Assembly (NCBI GenBank): GCA_000091205.1
Contig: AP006502.2
Source: Cyanidioschyzon merolae
Lineage: Eukaryota
DNA: 64,000 nt
Reading direction: 5' to 3' (one strand)
Shown in pieces: positions 11,280 to 23,269 of this stretch. How positions within the stretch are numbered: position 1 is the stretch's first letter; every line of letters begins with the position of its first letter. The notes beneath the pieces are model-generated. The model was not told where the DNA came from, searched no databases, and saw only the letters and a program-made list of their open reading frames with translations. Both the position numbers and the translations under genes were made by a program.

Positions 11280-12050
11280 GTCACGGGAGCGAAAACGTTT
11301 CGCGACCATGTAGGGTGCATGAATAGCTATCCGCAGACGCTTTTCAGCGTTTTTTGACCGGCCCGCAGCTATCCGCTTCAGCTTCTACTTGTGTTCTTTG
11401 AACCTGAGAGGCTACCCCACGAAGTGAGATTGCGTCAGCTCCACGGGTCTCGTCTTCAGCATCGCGTATCCTATGATATTGATGGCGGTGTTGAAGCCTC
11501 TGTTCACGAACTCAATGCGTTTATTGCCTCTCGTCACAGCTTGTATTGTGTCGAATATTCAATTCGAAAGACGAATGAGCCTCTCTTTGTGGTCATCAAC
11601 GAAACTGCATTCCGTAGCAGCATGATACCGCTGACGGGATTTGCCACAGTACGCTCCCGTCTTTTCTGTTTCCAGCGATAAGAGCCTGGAACTTGAGTCA
11701 TCGCAGCGATCGCTTTTGCCGGGGCATGCGTCACCGCTTGGAACAAGGCGAGCGTAGACGGATCGATATTTTTCGATCTCTTCTCCAATCTGGATTTCCT
11801 TTCCGCACTTGTTTCATCACGCACAACATCGCGTTCCATAACACCCCTATCGAATGGAACAGCGTGGGCTTGCCCAGCGCGAACAGGCAAGCGTTCACGC
11901 GCCACAGAGCAACCGTCTGAGGAGCTATGGTGAACACGTACCAAGACCTGACCTCACTCAAGTAGCAATGATGCGAATGGTGCACCGATGCTGTATAGCA
12001 AGAAGATGAAAATGACGAGCAGAGCGTAGATCGCAACCTCTCGCCCGTGG
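11280..12050 (-). repeat. Dispersed repeat family R, copy 2, inverted relative to the other copies (boundaries approximate)
   Basis: The reverse complement of 11820-11865 (gggtgttatggaacgcgatgttgtgcgtgatgaaacaagtgcgg) matches 59345-59390 (cttgtggaacgcaatgttgtccttgatgaaacaagtaccg). Neighbouring blocks are also collinear with the 59 kb copy. Confidence 0.55.
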
Positions 12051-12547
12051 TTGAAATGCATTGACAACAGTTGGACGCGTCGAAATCGGGTCTTGAACGC
12101 GGCCATCAACATCAAGCGGCTGCTGAACATGGAGTTGGATAGAAACGAGCGACTGGCGTATTTAAAGCTGGGTGTAAGAGAGAGGAAAAGGAAACGATTG
12201 CAGTAAGAACCCGCAGAGGCTGCTGTTGATGACCATGGAAAGAGATCCAAAGTCTAAAGTGTCCGCCCGTGTTGGAAAGCCCGTTCCATTTTATTCTGAC
12301 GTGCGTATAGCGTTATATCCTGCGCGAATGCAGGTCTCGTGCGACGCTCCACAACAAGTTATGGAAACCCGTCGGCATATGGTAGGCAGAGCCAAGTTCC
12401 ATGCCGTGCCTCAACATCATTCGAAAACTTGATCCCAGTGTCTTCGCGTCTGCACGCTGGTGGCGAGTCGCTTGTTGCTGACGACCTCTTCAGATCGTGT
12501 ATGCCATCAAATGCTGCTGCTGCTGCTGCTGCTTGCCTGAGCGCAGC

Positions 12548-14842
12548 TCAATAACCTTGCGGACAGGTCGCTACGAGTTCCCCAGTAAGACTGTACGCTC
12601 GTGCTTGCGTAATGCGAACATTGGCCATGCGACCTCGCCAGCGCTGGATTCCTCCAGGAGCCTCGAAGAATACTTTCTTATTCGTTCGCGTGCGTCCACA
12701 GACGCCCAATTCCGGGGATTTGGGGTTCACCTCCTCAACCAGTACCTCTTCAATCCGGCCTAAATAACGCTGACTACGAGCATCGACAATACGCATGTTC
12801 AGCTCATTGATCCGGTGCAGACGTTCCATTTTCACCGCTTCCGGCACCTGATTTTCCCAGGAGGCAGCGGGAGTAAAAGGCCGCGGTGAGTACGCTGCCG
12901 TGTTGACATTATCTAACTGTAATGCTTCCATGAGTTCAAGCGTGCGTTGAAATTGCTCCTCAGTTTCTCCGGGAAAGCCAACAATCGCATCGGCGGTGAT
13001 CGCTGCATCGGGGAGGTATTCGCGGATCATTTCGATGATCCGCCGATACCGTTTCGCAGTGTAGCCCCGTCCCATAGCCTTGAGGACCTCATCATCACCA
13101 GCCTGGAACGGAATATGGAAGTAGGGCATGATATTTGGGAGCTCTGCAGTCGCTTGGATGACGCGCGGTGACCAGTACCGCGGATGTGCAGTAATTGCAC
13201 GAATGCGATCGATGCCTGTTGCAGAGACATGACGTAAGAGCTGCGCGAAGGTGACTCGTGGGCGCATGTCCCGGCCGTAGGCATCTATATTTTGACCGAG
13301 AAGCGTCACTTCGCGATAGCCTTCATTTTTCAGCTGGACGACTTCGTTGACGATGGATTCGACGCTGCGTGATTGCTCCAGACCCCGTGTGTACGGCACG
13401 ACGCAGTACGTGCAGCGTTCATTGCAACCATAGGAGATATTTACCCAGGCACAAACCTGGGACTGCCGTCTCGGCTTGGAAATATCCTCCATGATGTGAA
13501 TCGGTTCCGTTGCGACCACTTGATTACCATTTTCAACGTCTTCGAGGAGATCAGCCAGACGGTTGGCATACTGGGGCCCCATCACCAAGTCCAGAGCGGG
13601 AATGCGGCGCAGCATCTTCACGCCTTCCTGCTGTGCAACGCAACCTGCGACGATCAATTTGAGACCTGGATTACTCTTCTCCTTCATTCGAACAAACGGT
13701 CCAAGAAAGCTGTAGACTTTTTGTTCCGCGTGATCGCGGATGGAGCAAGTATTCAGGAGTATGAGATCTGCTTCGTACGGATCTGGTGTGTGCCGGTAAC
13801 CGCATCTTTCGAGCTCGCCAGCCATTCGCTCCGAGTCCGCCAAGTTCATCTGGCAACCAAAAGTCTGCACGTTGTAGAGGCGACGCCTCGTCCTACTGTT
13901 GGGGTTCTCTCGAGCGTACAGCTGCGGCACCAGTTCCCCGCTTCGAATATACCGGGACTTGGTCGCCGTCGGCACGAGTTTGTATTCTGCGTCTTCCACT
14001 CGTACAATGTGGAAGCCGCGTTGCGTCTGCAATTTGAACACCACCCGCGGAGCACTATTGAAGCAGTAGAACTCAAGTTCGGCATCCAGCGAGCCACGAG
14101 CGTGCCAGCCGAGGTCACCTCCGTTGGCTCGCGAGCTCTCGTCCAATGAAAGCGTCCGAGCGAGTGCGTCCATGCTTGCTGCATCGGCGCTGAGTTGCTG
14201 CAGCACCAGGTCGGCCATCTGCTCCGTTGCAAGTAGAATGTGACGGACCCGAACACGATCTACAACCTCTTCCCCTACCGGAAATGCGACATTTGGATTC
14301 GGATTAATCAATGTGGAGCTTGCAAGTGTCTCGGGTGTCGCGTCCAACGCGGTGGTCGCAGGGCCAGTACCGCTGGCGTGCGGTGCCGCTGACATCCCCC
14401 AAGTACGAAACGCGCAACCTTGAGAGCGTCGCTCACAGCGTGCCCTGCGTGCGAGCACTTTTCGCGTTTCGACTGTTGCGCCGCACCAGCCGCTAGACTG
14501 GTTCAAGTGGAGCCCGCATGTGGCGCCGAACCGCGGGTTCACCGGAGAGGTAACCACCGACCACGCAATACAACGCGTCTTGTGCGGTAAGCGCATCGTT
14601 TCTGAGGGAAACCGGTGCGCTCTCCGTTGTGTCCTCTGTGCTGGGTTGTCCGTTGCGCTTCTGACGAGCATCCTTGCGACTGCAGCGCTCTTATCGGTTC
14701 GTCCGGCAAGTGCAAAACACTTGTTTCCCTGCGCTGACGCTGAATAGGTGCAGCCAGGTATCGCTCCGAGAATGATAACGATCATCTTGGGATAATCATG
14801 GCTAAAATGGTCGACACTATGGATGGCGCGCTGGGCAGCCAC
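12548..14842 (-). CDS. miaB: MiaB/CDK5RAP1-like radical-SAM tRNA methylthiotransferase with an N-terminal parvulin (PpiC) rotamase-like domain in the same ORF
   Basis: The C-terminal roughly 450 aa contain the MTTase N-domain ([20 protein letters not shown]...[14 protein letters not shown]), the radical-SAM motif [15 protein letters not shown], and a TRAM-like end. Residues about 190-290 read [17 protein letters not shown]...[33 protein letters not shown]...[12 protein letters not shown], matching the parvulin consensus (HILv...A..i...l.....F..LA...S.d.s...GGdLGw...G.m...F..a.f....G.....v.T..G.HiI.v). The true start codon is uncertain; several in-frame Ms lie upstream. Confidence 0.8.
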   Translation of the reverse strand: MAAQRAIHSVDHFSHDYPKMIVIILGAIPGCTYSASAQGNKCFALAGRTDKSAAVARMLVRSATDNPAQRTQRRAHRFPSETMRLPHKTRCIAWSVVTSPVNPRFGATCGLHLNQSSGWCGATVETRKVLARRARCERRSQGCAFRTWGMSAAPHASGTGPATTALDATPETLASSTLINPNPNVAFPVGEEVVDRVRVRHILLATEQMADLVLQQLSADAASMDALARTLSLDESSRANGGDLGWHARGSLDAELEFYCFNSAPRVVFKLQTQRGFHIVRVEDAEYKLVPTATKSRYIRSGELVPQLYARENPNSRTRRRLYNVQTFGCQMNLADSERMAGELERCGYRHTPDPYEADLILLNTCSIRDHAEQKVYSFLGPFVRMKEKSNPGLKLIVAGCVAQQEGVKMLRRIPALDLVMGPQYANRLADLLEDVENGNQVVATEPIHIMEDISKPRRQSQVCAWVNISYGCNERCTYCVVPYTRGLEQSRSVESIVNEVVQLKNEGYREVTLLGQNIDAYGRDMRPRVTFAQLLRHVSATGIDRIRAITAHPRYWSPRVIQATAELPNIMPYFHIPFQAGDDEVLKAMGRGYTAKRYRRIIEMIREYLPDAAITADAIVGFPGETEEQFQRTLELMEALQLDNVNTAAYSPRPFTPAASWENQVPEAVKMERLHRINELNMRIVDARSQRYLGRIEEVLVEEVNPKSPELGVCGRTRTNKKVFFEAPGGIQRWRGRMANVRITQARAYSLTGELVATCPQGY

Positions 14843-16284
14843 TGCGAAGCGTCAGCGCATCCCAGGTTCTCGGGATGCGAATGCGAATCCGACGAGTTGC
14901 TGGGGCAGGGCTCGTCTGCCGGAGGCAAGCACTGCACGCTCGAAGGCGAAACTTGGAGACAACCTCGGGAGAGATGATTCTGCGGGAAAAATATGGATCG
15001 TGGCTGGTGGTCTCTCCAGGCATCGTGCGGTATGATGGGCACTCTCCCGTCCACGAATCAAATCGAGTGACTAGAGACTCCGGCTCGAGGTAAACGACCC
15101 CTCCAGAAAGAATCCGCAGAAAAGATGAGATTTGAGCATCTGAAACAGGGAGGAAGAGCTTTTGCGAGATATCCGGTCAGCGCAGTCGCTTTAGAATCGC
15201 AGAAAACCCCGAGTGGTGCCTACAATAGTCGCCGCACAACTCGATCTGTATCGAGGACGTTTGTTTATCCCGGGTTCGCCGTCTCAATTCCCTGAGCAAG
15301 CGAACAGGCCACCAGATTCTCCGATGCCCAGCCGTGAAACACAGAGGCCAATTTGTGTGTCTGTCGTCTTGGAATTCGGCAGGAGCTTTCGGTCATCTGG
15401 ACAGAGGTAAGGAATCGAGCGCTGTGGTCAACCGACGGCGAAGCGTCTTGTTTGTGGGAGCACCTCTGACGCTGACCAAGACAGAAACCCGCAATGATCC
15501 GAGAATTTCCGCGACCTGGATTCGAATGCATCTTGTGACCTTCCAATGTTTCAAAGTGTCTCTCAGCACCACTTCGTCATAACCTCTCTCGAAAGAGAAG
15601 ATGTTCGATCCGGAATCCGGTGATATGCGCGGGATTCCATAGCGCTGACGTTGAACAGGGACGGTTCGCGATCGACCCAACAGGAGAGGTCGCTGCTGAA
15701 CACGATCCTACGGGGCAGGTCGCCAGTGTCTATTTGCGAGGCTAGGACCCGCGTAACGGTGGTGGTCCGAACGGTATCGACACAATAGATCTTCGCTCCT
15801 GCAGCTTGTTTCTCGACTTTTCAAGACCAGTTGAATGCGTTTACCCGCCCTGAGACCAAATATGATGCAACAGATGTAGTCGCCGGCGCTTGGATGCGAA
15901 TCGGAGACACCTCTTTCAGTGACGGTACCTGGGGTTTCCGCACCACAGAACTTCGTTCACACATAGCTTGTTTGGAGACGTTTCAAGACTGATTAAATGC
16001 GTTTACCCGCATTCAAATGCAACCGGTGACGTGTGCACTCACGTTGCCGAGACACGTTTGTTCATGAGATAGGTAAAAGTGCCGACAATTCACCGACGGA
16101 TTTCACGAACAGGAGAGCTCTCCACGTACATCTCAAGGCATGCGCAACATTCTCTCCCCAACGCAAAAAAACCCGTTGCGACTATGGACAAATCCGGCCG
16201 ATCTGAGTGCTCATCTGGCTCCGCCCTGGAACTATATCACCTATGGAGATGCAGACTCACACGGCATCTTTGCCCGAGGTGTGC

Positions 16285-16878
16285 CTAGGAGCGCTTCGAG
16301 TCCGTTGTAGCTGCTGTCGGATCGGCGGACTTGAGGCTCTTGAGCTTCATTTCTTCCTTTTGTTTCTCCTCCTTCTCCGCATCTGCTAGGCTCGTCTCAA
16401 GGCCTTCTTTGAACTCCGAGGAGGCCCGCTTCAGGTTGCCTGCGAGCGTTCCCAAGTTCCGCCCAAGCTCGCCAATTCGTGAAGGCCCCCAAATCAGCAG
16501 CCCAACACCCGCAATAACAGCTATCTCCGGCCATCCGAGCCCAAACAAGCCCATTTGCAAAGCGCTAGCTGCACTAGGTCTCGTGCAGTGGCCGGCTCGT
16601 TCGGGGAGCGCGCGCGTCTCCTGAAGCTGCCGTCGCTGCGCCGCCCTGCCACGACGTGACTCGCGAACTAGACTTGCCGCATTTTTCAAGCAAAAAGAAG
16701 AGCAAGAAACACTTTCGTGCAAGTGTTGGTTTGTCTTTGATAGCGACAGCACGAACATTGCCAGTGTGTATGTCCGAGGCACCTCGAACACCAGAGAGCA
16801 ATCCGAAGTACGCTGCGCAATGCGTTTCCAGAGAATCGATGGACGGGTCCAGCGCAGGCGAGGCACGTCCGCCAGCAC
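16285..16878 (-). CDS. tatA: Twin-arginine translocase TatA/Tha4-type subunit precursor (N-terminal extension plus TatA core)
   Basis: The core MGLFGLGWPEIAVIAGVGLLIWGPSRIGELGRNLGTLAGNLKRASSEFKEG (from about 16554) is a TatA/B signature: TM helix, hinge, amphipathic helix, acidic tail. The preceding roughly 108 residues would be a transit peptide if the ORF start at 16878 is used. Confidence 0.7.
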   Translation of the reverse strand: MLADVPRLRWTRPSILWKRIAQRTSDCSLVFEVPRTYTLAMFVLSLSKTNQHLHESVSCSSFCLKNAASLVRESRRGRAAQRRQLQETRALPERAGHCTRPSAASALQMGLFGLGWPEIAVIAGVGLLIWGPSRIGELGRNLGTLAGNLKRASSEFKEGLETSLADAEKEEKQKEEMKLKSLKSADPTAATTDSKRS

Positions 16879-18354
16879 GAAGCACGTGTTCGGAATATAC
16901 AGTTAAGTCAGTAAATGTCCATGCATGCATGCTGTGCAGGCTTGGCATGCCCCGTTCCGTCAACTGCTTCAGCGTTCTGCATAGCCTTCGAACGTGCACT
17001 GTAAACAGCCTTGCTTCCATGCGCGTGCACCATGGGCCTTGATGTCGGTTTCAGCTCCGCGCTGGTGGACGCAGACGCTTCCACCTATCTGATAACCGCG
17101 CTTGCTCGCGCACGGGCTGCCCAGACCAACACGGCGGAAATTCGCCCTATGAGCCACAGCAATGTCGCAGCTGGACGAATTTGAAGTTGGTTTGTGTATC
17201 GAAAACGGCGACGAAATGATCACAATTTTCCTTTCCCATCCGTGAATCGGGATAGCGCAAACGAGTAACCAGGCAGGCCAGCTCTGCCTCCAGTGCTGGA
17301 GGTGTGATGTGCACGCCTTGTCGATGAGTGCGGCAACATCTTCTCTGGCGGGCGACGAAGCCTACCAGTTTATAGCTTGACTCGCACCTGATTCGTGGCG
17401 CCCGTGAGCCTCATCGATGGGATTCCTGTCAAACGACAACCATCTTTTCACGGACATTCTCAATTTGCTAATTCACATGGAAAGGATGAGCGATCCAGGG
17501 TAACATACACCGTTCGTATACCGAGCGTTGTTCTGTGCACAAGTGTCGCGCCTGTCGATACGCAGCTTAATGGAGACCGTTCAACGACTTGCAGCCGTGG
17601 ATGTGTTTCCATGCGTATGCGTGCGCGCTGAATATCCTCTTCTGGATTCGAGCGGACGGACGCGATATCGAGTGGCGCGTGTACCTATTTATCCGAGGCG
17701 TCTTGGATGCTCGCGCTCCAAAGCAATGTGCGCAGCGCCCTTCCAAACAAGACTTGCTTCAGCATAGCGTCTGTCGCAGTCTGAAGTCCGACTCGCGTTT
17801 CCGCCGACCCCGTGCGTCGCCTCGCAAGTCCACACCAGCATCACCAAGAACAACAAAAACAACAACAACAGCAGCAGCAAGTCCCGCAGCTAGCGAAGCA
17901 CGCTGCCCAGCTCGGCATATAAAATGCTAGAGCGGCGTCTGTCTGGCGGCGATGCTGACATTTGCTGGGCTTTTCGTCTCGTCGCCTTGAAGGCGTATTG
18001 AAACCCTGACCGCATCCATGCTTAGCGCCGTGACTCTGGTGCGCAGCCACAGGTATCCCTTCGCCACGCCTGTGAAGCATCTATTTTCTAACGCCGACAG
18101 TGAAACCGGTCTGGCGATCGTAGGACGTGGAAGCATCCACGGGAGCAGAGTTCTCTCTTGGCTGATGCCAGACAACACGGGTGCCCCGGGAGAATCCACC
18201 TGGGATGCATAGATTCTCGCCTTTGGAGGTGCACACGAAATCGCTGGAGCGCGCGTGCGTAGAATCGGGGATCCGCAGGCTCGCTGGAAGCCGTCCTGCG
18301 CTCGCGGGAAACGCATCACTCGCCATTTCGTGCTAACAGGCTCACTCGCTTTTC

Positions 18355-18388
18355 TGCTGGTGCTGGTGCTGGTGCTGGTGCCGGTGCC
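18355..18388. repeat. (CTGGTG)n hexanucleotide microsatellite
   Basis: ctggtgctggtgctggtgctggtgccggtgcc. Confidence 0.85.
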
Positions 18389-18741
18389 TGCGTTAGACGC
18401 CTGCAGCAGCTCCTTGAGCGTCGTAACAAGCGCCCGCGGCACACTCGTTACCCCGGAGGACGCTCTGTTGAACGACCCTGGGCTTCATAGACGAACGCTA
18501 CGCTGAAGCTGCTACGCCAAACTATTTGCGTAGGAGGAAAAGTGGACGCCGCCGCTGCCTATAGGCAGCTTTCGCACACCCGGAAGCGTCAGGTTAGAGG
18601 CCAAACTCCTGCGCCATAGGAAGATCGAGCCAAGTCAGGCTGGTACCCTCTGGTTGCATACAACATCCACTGCATAGCAGCGAAGCATACCATCCATTTT
18701 CCAACACGTGGACGATTTATCTGTGCGAGCTGCGGGCGCCA

Positions 18742-19623
18742 ATGCCAGCGCACCATCTGAGCGCCAAATGGCGCCAAGTGAAGACGAAACGGACTCGGAA
18801 GACCCCCGCCACTGTGGCGCCGAAGAGCGTCGCCTTGCCAGAGACCGTTCGACAACGGCTCGAGCAGGCGCGGCGCGAAGCGATCGACTTTGCCGCGCTC
18901 GAGTACCTGTACGCCAGCGTACCACCTCTACGCTCTGTTATCGACGCACATCCGCCTCCGCACTTTCTTGCATGCGATGTGTTCACGGTGCTCGTCCAGG
19001 CTATTGTCTGGCAGCAGGTGAGTGCACGGGCGGCTGCTAAACTTTGGCCGAGACTCGTCGAGGTTCTCGAAACGCAGGTACCTGGATCAATCCGCCGTTC
19101 GATGCCGCATCTCTACGTGAATCCTGGTCCGTTGGCGAGCATTCCGGATCCTGCGCTTTTGCGCGCTGCCGGCATTCCGCAAAGTCGCTGTGCAGCGATC
19201 GTCGAGGCGGCTCGTGCTTTTCACGCGAAACCGGACCTCTACCATAACTGGAACGACTCCATCGAAGATGACGAAGTCGTTCGGAGACTGTGTTGCCTCC
19301 GAGGTGTTGGTGAATGGACGGCTCACATGGTGCTCATGTTCGCGATGCGTCGGATGAATGTGCTGCCCGTAGGGGATCTTGGCGTGCGACGCGGCTTTGC
19401 AGTGGTTTTCGATCTCAAGCCAGATGCCAGACGGGAACAAGGCGCTGCAGGTCGCCGTTCGGTGTTGCCGTCACCGGATGCGGTAAAGAAATTTGCCTCG
19501 AGTGCGGCATGCGGCAATGGGCGTTTTCTCACAGTTGTTTCCTATTACATGTGGCGGGCTGCGGGTGCTGATGTTCTCGTTCCCGACGGAACGCTCGTAC
19601 CAGACCTCGCTAGCACTGTCTGA
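18742..19623 (+). CDS. HhH-GPD DNA glycosylase (AlkA-like DNA-3-methyladenine glycosylase II)
   Basis: ...LRGVGEWTAHMVLMFAMRRMNVLPVGDLGVRRGF... is the helix-hairpin-helix/Gly-Pro-rich loop plus catalytic Asp region. The upstream ...FTVLVQAIVWQQVSARAAAKLWPRL matches the AlkA N-terminal HhH-GPD part. Confidence 0.7.
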   Translation: MPAHHLSAKWRQVKTKRTRKTPATVAPKSVALPETVRQRLEQARREAIDFAALEYLYASVPPLRSVIDAHPPPHFLACDVFTVLVQAIVWQQVSARAAAKLWPRLVEVLETQVPGSIRRSMPHLYVNPGPLASIPDPALLRAAGIPQSRCAAIVEAARAFHAKPDLYHNWNDSIEDDEVVRRLCCLRGVGEWTAHMVLMFAMRRMNVLPVGDLGVRRGFAVVFDLKPDARREQGAAGRRSVLPSPDAVKKFASSAACGNGRFLTVVSYYMWRAAGADVLVPDGTLVPDLASTV

Positions 19624-19677
19624 GAACGCGACGCCCATGGGTTACCGCTTGCACCCACGGAACGCGGATCCATGTTC

Positions 19678-19706
19678 TGATGATGATGATGATGATGATG
19701 ATGATG
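19678..19706. repeat. (GAT)9 microsatellite
   Basis: tgatgatgatgatgatgatgatgatgacg, just downstream of the glycosylase gene. Confidence 0.9.
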
Positions 19707-20378
19707 ACGAAGCCAAAACGGTGGGTTCGTGCTTTCCGCGGACATCCTGGCCTAACTGCCGACCTTGAGGCAACGAATCTCGGGTGTTGCACGCTGCGTG
19801 CATTGCATTCGGACTCAGGATGGGTGTTTTCACGTCACGTAGCGTCCTGAATCTTATCGGATAAAAACCTGACGAGGCAGTCGGCTAGATGACTGAGATA
19901 ACAATAGCATCCCGCAGATTTTTGTGTATCAGGCCTGGTACAGAGGATTCCCCTGAAAGCTCGATCCTCTGACGAAAATTGCCTTCAGTTGCGAGGTCGC
20001 AAGGCGATCGCAGTGCGTTCGCCTGCCGTCCCAATGACCAGCAGATTCCATAGTGTCGCAGTGAGGCAGCGGAGAGCGTAGCACAGCTGCGAGACGCTCG
20101 CTATGCTGTTTGTGGTCTGCAGTTTTGGAGTTTGTCTGCGATGTGGACAACCCATTTCCGAAGCGGAACGCCCAACCTTATTCGTTGATGAAAAACGGAT
20201 GATTCCGTCCTGCCACCTCATCGGGCGAGATCATGTCCGACCTGCTCAGGCATTGTCGCCGGCGACGGGTTTGCGATACATTCGGATGGTGCGATGGTGA
20301 ACAAGCACCGAGAGACACGGCTTTCTTTGAGAAGCAAAATGCGCTAGGTGCCGTCAGAAAGCGACGCCAGACTAGACG

Positions 20379-22226
20379 TTACCAGTTGTGTTTCAAAAAG
20401 TCGACTGCCCTGGTCCGCCAAGCCAACAAGTTCTGCATCCAATGAGACCAGTTTCCTGACTCTGGGCTCGCACCAGCACTGGAGAAACCATCATTTGTCG
20501 CCACATACCGAGAGTTGTGCCGAGCTGTGGTCTGCGTCCGAGCTTCCGCACGCCCTGGCTTGTCAGCGTCCGTCTTCTTCGGAAAAGTCCGCTCTGGTGT
20601 GCCCTGCGATGCGTTTCGAGGCGCACTGGGAGCCCCCTGCCGGCGATGACGATCAACTGTGGCATGCGGCCCTGCTGGGGGGCGCACCAACGACTCAGAG
20701 TTCTGCGATGTTTCGCGAAAAGTTTCGTTTGCGACTTTTTGCCTCCTTGACGTGGACATCTCCGCAACGTCAGATGCCTTTGCAAACCAGCTGCGGATGG
20801 AAAAAGGCGCAGCAGCAGGGGCAGGCGTCGTCTGTAGCGTACGACCTGCCGTGATAATTACGGACACGCGCACTGTACCCGTGAGCGACTCGTCGAACGC
20901 TGACCCGAAGATGATATTTGCATGGGGCCCAGTGCGATCCCGAATCAGTGAGGCAATCTCGTTGACCTCGTCCAAGAGGAGATCTCGACCGCCTGAAATG
21001 CTGATGAGCGCTCCACGAGCCTGTCCGAGAGAAATTCCGTCCAGCAGGGGATTGTTCAAGGCTAGCTCAATCGCTCGGCGACCCCGGTCGATTCGCGCCT
21101 GTGGCGACGATGCCGTATCCACGGAACGCTGGGGCAGAGAAGCGTTCCCATTTGCCATTGGTGCGGAGCAGCCACTCGCCTCGCCCATGCCAAACACAGC
21201 TCTGCCAGCGTTGCGGGTGATCGCATCTAGATCTGCAAAGTCCAAGTTAATAAACCCGTTGGTATACATGAGGTCGGTTACCGAGCGAATCGTCTTACAG
21301 AGCACGTCATCGGCAAGCTGAAAGGCGCTTTGCAACGTTGTTCGATTTGTTGCGAGTCGGAAAAGATTTTGATTGGGAATCGTGACTATTGTGTCCACCT
21401 GCGGCTCCAGTTCGTCGAGGCCCTGCTCTGCGAGGCGCATACGATGACGTCCTTCGAAAGCGAACGGCGTACTCACGACGGCGATTGTCAGGACACCGGC
21501 TGCTCGGGCGGCCTGGGCAATGACCGGCGCCGCGCCTGTACCGGTACCTCCACCCAGTCCCGCTGTCAAAAACAGAATATGAGCGTTCCGTATTTCTTCC
21601 ATAAGCAGGGGAAGGCAGGCGCGCGCTGCCTCGCGGCCTACGGAGGGGTTTGCGCCCGCCCCGAGCCCAGCCGTCAAGCGTTCCCCCAGGCAGAAGGTTC
21701 GGTCAGCAAGGGAGAACGAAAGCGCCTGGGCGTCGGTATTCGCCGCCAGCAGTCGCAGGCCCTGAAATGGGTCCAGATGAAGCTCTGAATTGCGATCCGC
21801 GCTGCGTTGTTGGTTCTGTTGGCGTAGAGATCGTACCAGGTTGTTAATGGTATTGCCGCCGGCGCCACCGACCCCCAGAGCAACCATACGGGGTCTCGAA
21901 AAAACTCGTAAAGATTGTCCTTCTACAGTGCAGCGTTGCTCGGTTGTTCGTAAATCATTCGCCAACTGGGTCACGGCCGGTTCAGGAGCACGACGCAGGG
22001 CCTCAGTGCACTTTGCGGGAGTGTGCACGGCTCTTATGCAAGAGCTTTCCGCCTGCGACTGCGCTTGCGATAGCATATCGCCATGCCAGCGAAAGCGCTT
22101 CCAGCAAATCAAGACACGAGCTGACCGATCGTCCCAAAGTCCCGCCGGGCACCCGTGTACCCGGGTTCTCCAGTGCTGGAACATGTCACCGCAAGAACGC
22201 GAAGTTACCAGGAACGGAATCCACAC
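20379..22226 (-). CDS. ftsZ: FtsZ (organelle division GTPase), nucleus-encoded with N- and C-terminal extensions
   Basis: MVALGVGGAGGNTINNLV (GGGxGxG start) ... ILFLTAGLGGGTGTGAAPVIAQAARAAGVLTIAVVSTPFAFEGRHRMRLAEQGLDELEPQVDTIVTIPNQNL is the canonical FtsZ tubulin-signature and T7 region. An N-terminal extension of about 115 aa precedes it. A long low-complexity C-terminal tail ends ...AVDFLKHNW. Confidence 0.85.
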   Translation of the reverse strand: MWIPFLVTSRSCGDMFQHWRTRVHGCPAGLWDDRSARVLICWKRFRWHGDMLSQAQSQAESSCIRAVHTPAKCTEALRRAPEPAVTQLANDLRTTEQRCTVEGQSLRVFSRPRMVALGVGGAGGNTINNLVRSLRQQNQQRSADRNSELHLDPFQGLRLLAANTDAQALSFSLADRTFCLGERLTAGLGAGANPSVGREAARACLPLLMEEIRNAHILFLTAGLGGGTGTGAAPVIAQAARAAGVLTIAVVSTPFAFEGRHRMRLAEQGLDELEPQVDTIVTIPNQNLFRLATNRTTLQSAFQLADDVLCKTIRSVTDLMYTNGFINLDFADLDAITRNAGRAVFGMGEASGCSAPMANGNASLPQRSVDTASSPQARIDRGRRAIELALNNPLLDGISLGQARGALISISGGRDLLLDEVNEIASLIRDRTGPHANIIFGSAFDESLTGTVRVSVIITAGRTLQTTPAPAAAPFSIRSWFAKASDVAEMSTSRRQKVANETFRETSQNSESLVRPPAGPHATVDRHRRQGAPSAPRNASQGTPERTFPKKTDADKPGRAEARTQTTARHNSRYVATNDGFSSAGASPESGNWSHWMQNLLAWRTRAVDFLKHNW

Positions 22227-23269
22227 GAAGGCTCAGTTTCCCGCGCATTTTTCGACGCCGCCGCGCACGGTGCTGTCTCGCCGCGGCTGTGCGCGCGGAT
22301 CCGCTGATTCCGGTGGTACGTTCAGCGGTGTGCCTCCGCATGCCCCGCGTGTGTCTCTGGAACACGGCGTTGACACTGACAGGTGATTGCCCAATGCGCA
22401 CTTGATCTCAGTCATCGGGGGAGCGTTTATCGCTCTACTCGCCTTTGAATTCCATTCAGCATACTAATATTTGGACATACTGGATATTTCCCATGGAAAA
22501 CTGCGCACCGTGTCGAGCGTGAGCACCTGCTATAGCGCCTATAGCGTCGGTGCGGTCGCAGCAGGGAGACACAAGGGATTTGCTGTATTACCGGGGAGAG
22601 TCGGCTTGTGGTGTAATTCACCCGATGCGGGTTCTGATCTTGGTATCGATTTGTGTCCGGAACGTCCGACCACATGCCCAACGCCATGCGCAATGTTGCA
22701 TGCGCGCGCGATTCTCCTTTCGCCGAGTGCCCCGCATCGGCTGTCGAGGTCGAAGAGGCAGCGCGTTCATTTCGGGACTATTATGGCGCCTACGCTGCCG
22801 GGGTATCGAGGCGGATGAGCGTCAGGTCCACCATGGACATGGACAAGCAAGGTGCGTCTTGATGCCACAGGAATGATGCGACTGAGCTCGAGCGCGTTGG
22901 TGATGGACGACCCATGCCGAGCGGATTCTTCCGCTGCTCGAGATGCCTGCGCCCGGCAGCCTGTGCGGTCGGAATCGATGGCGAAGCGAACAAGGCAGGC
23001 TGATTCCGCCGCAACTCGACGCGATTGGATGACTCGAATCGAGCACTGCGGGAGCCTGCATTCGAGCCCCGATGACAACGCTCCCCAGCGTATCACAAGA
23101 AGACCTCCCATTTGCTTATAAGATGGTGTACCCATTCGCCTTGATGCACACAGGATGCTGCCGTCCACTTTGCCGAACATGCTGCAAGCATCGATCGGCC
23201 GCAAAGCTCGTTGAGGCGCGCCGATGCTTGCGCTTCGTATCCGCTGGGTGCGGGGGCACGCGGGCCCCA

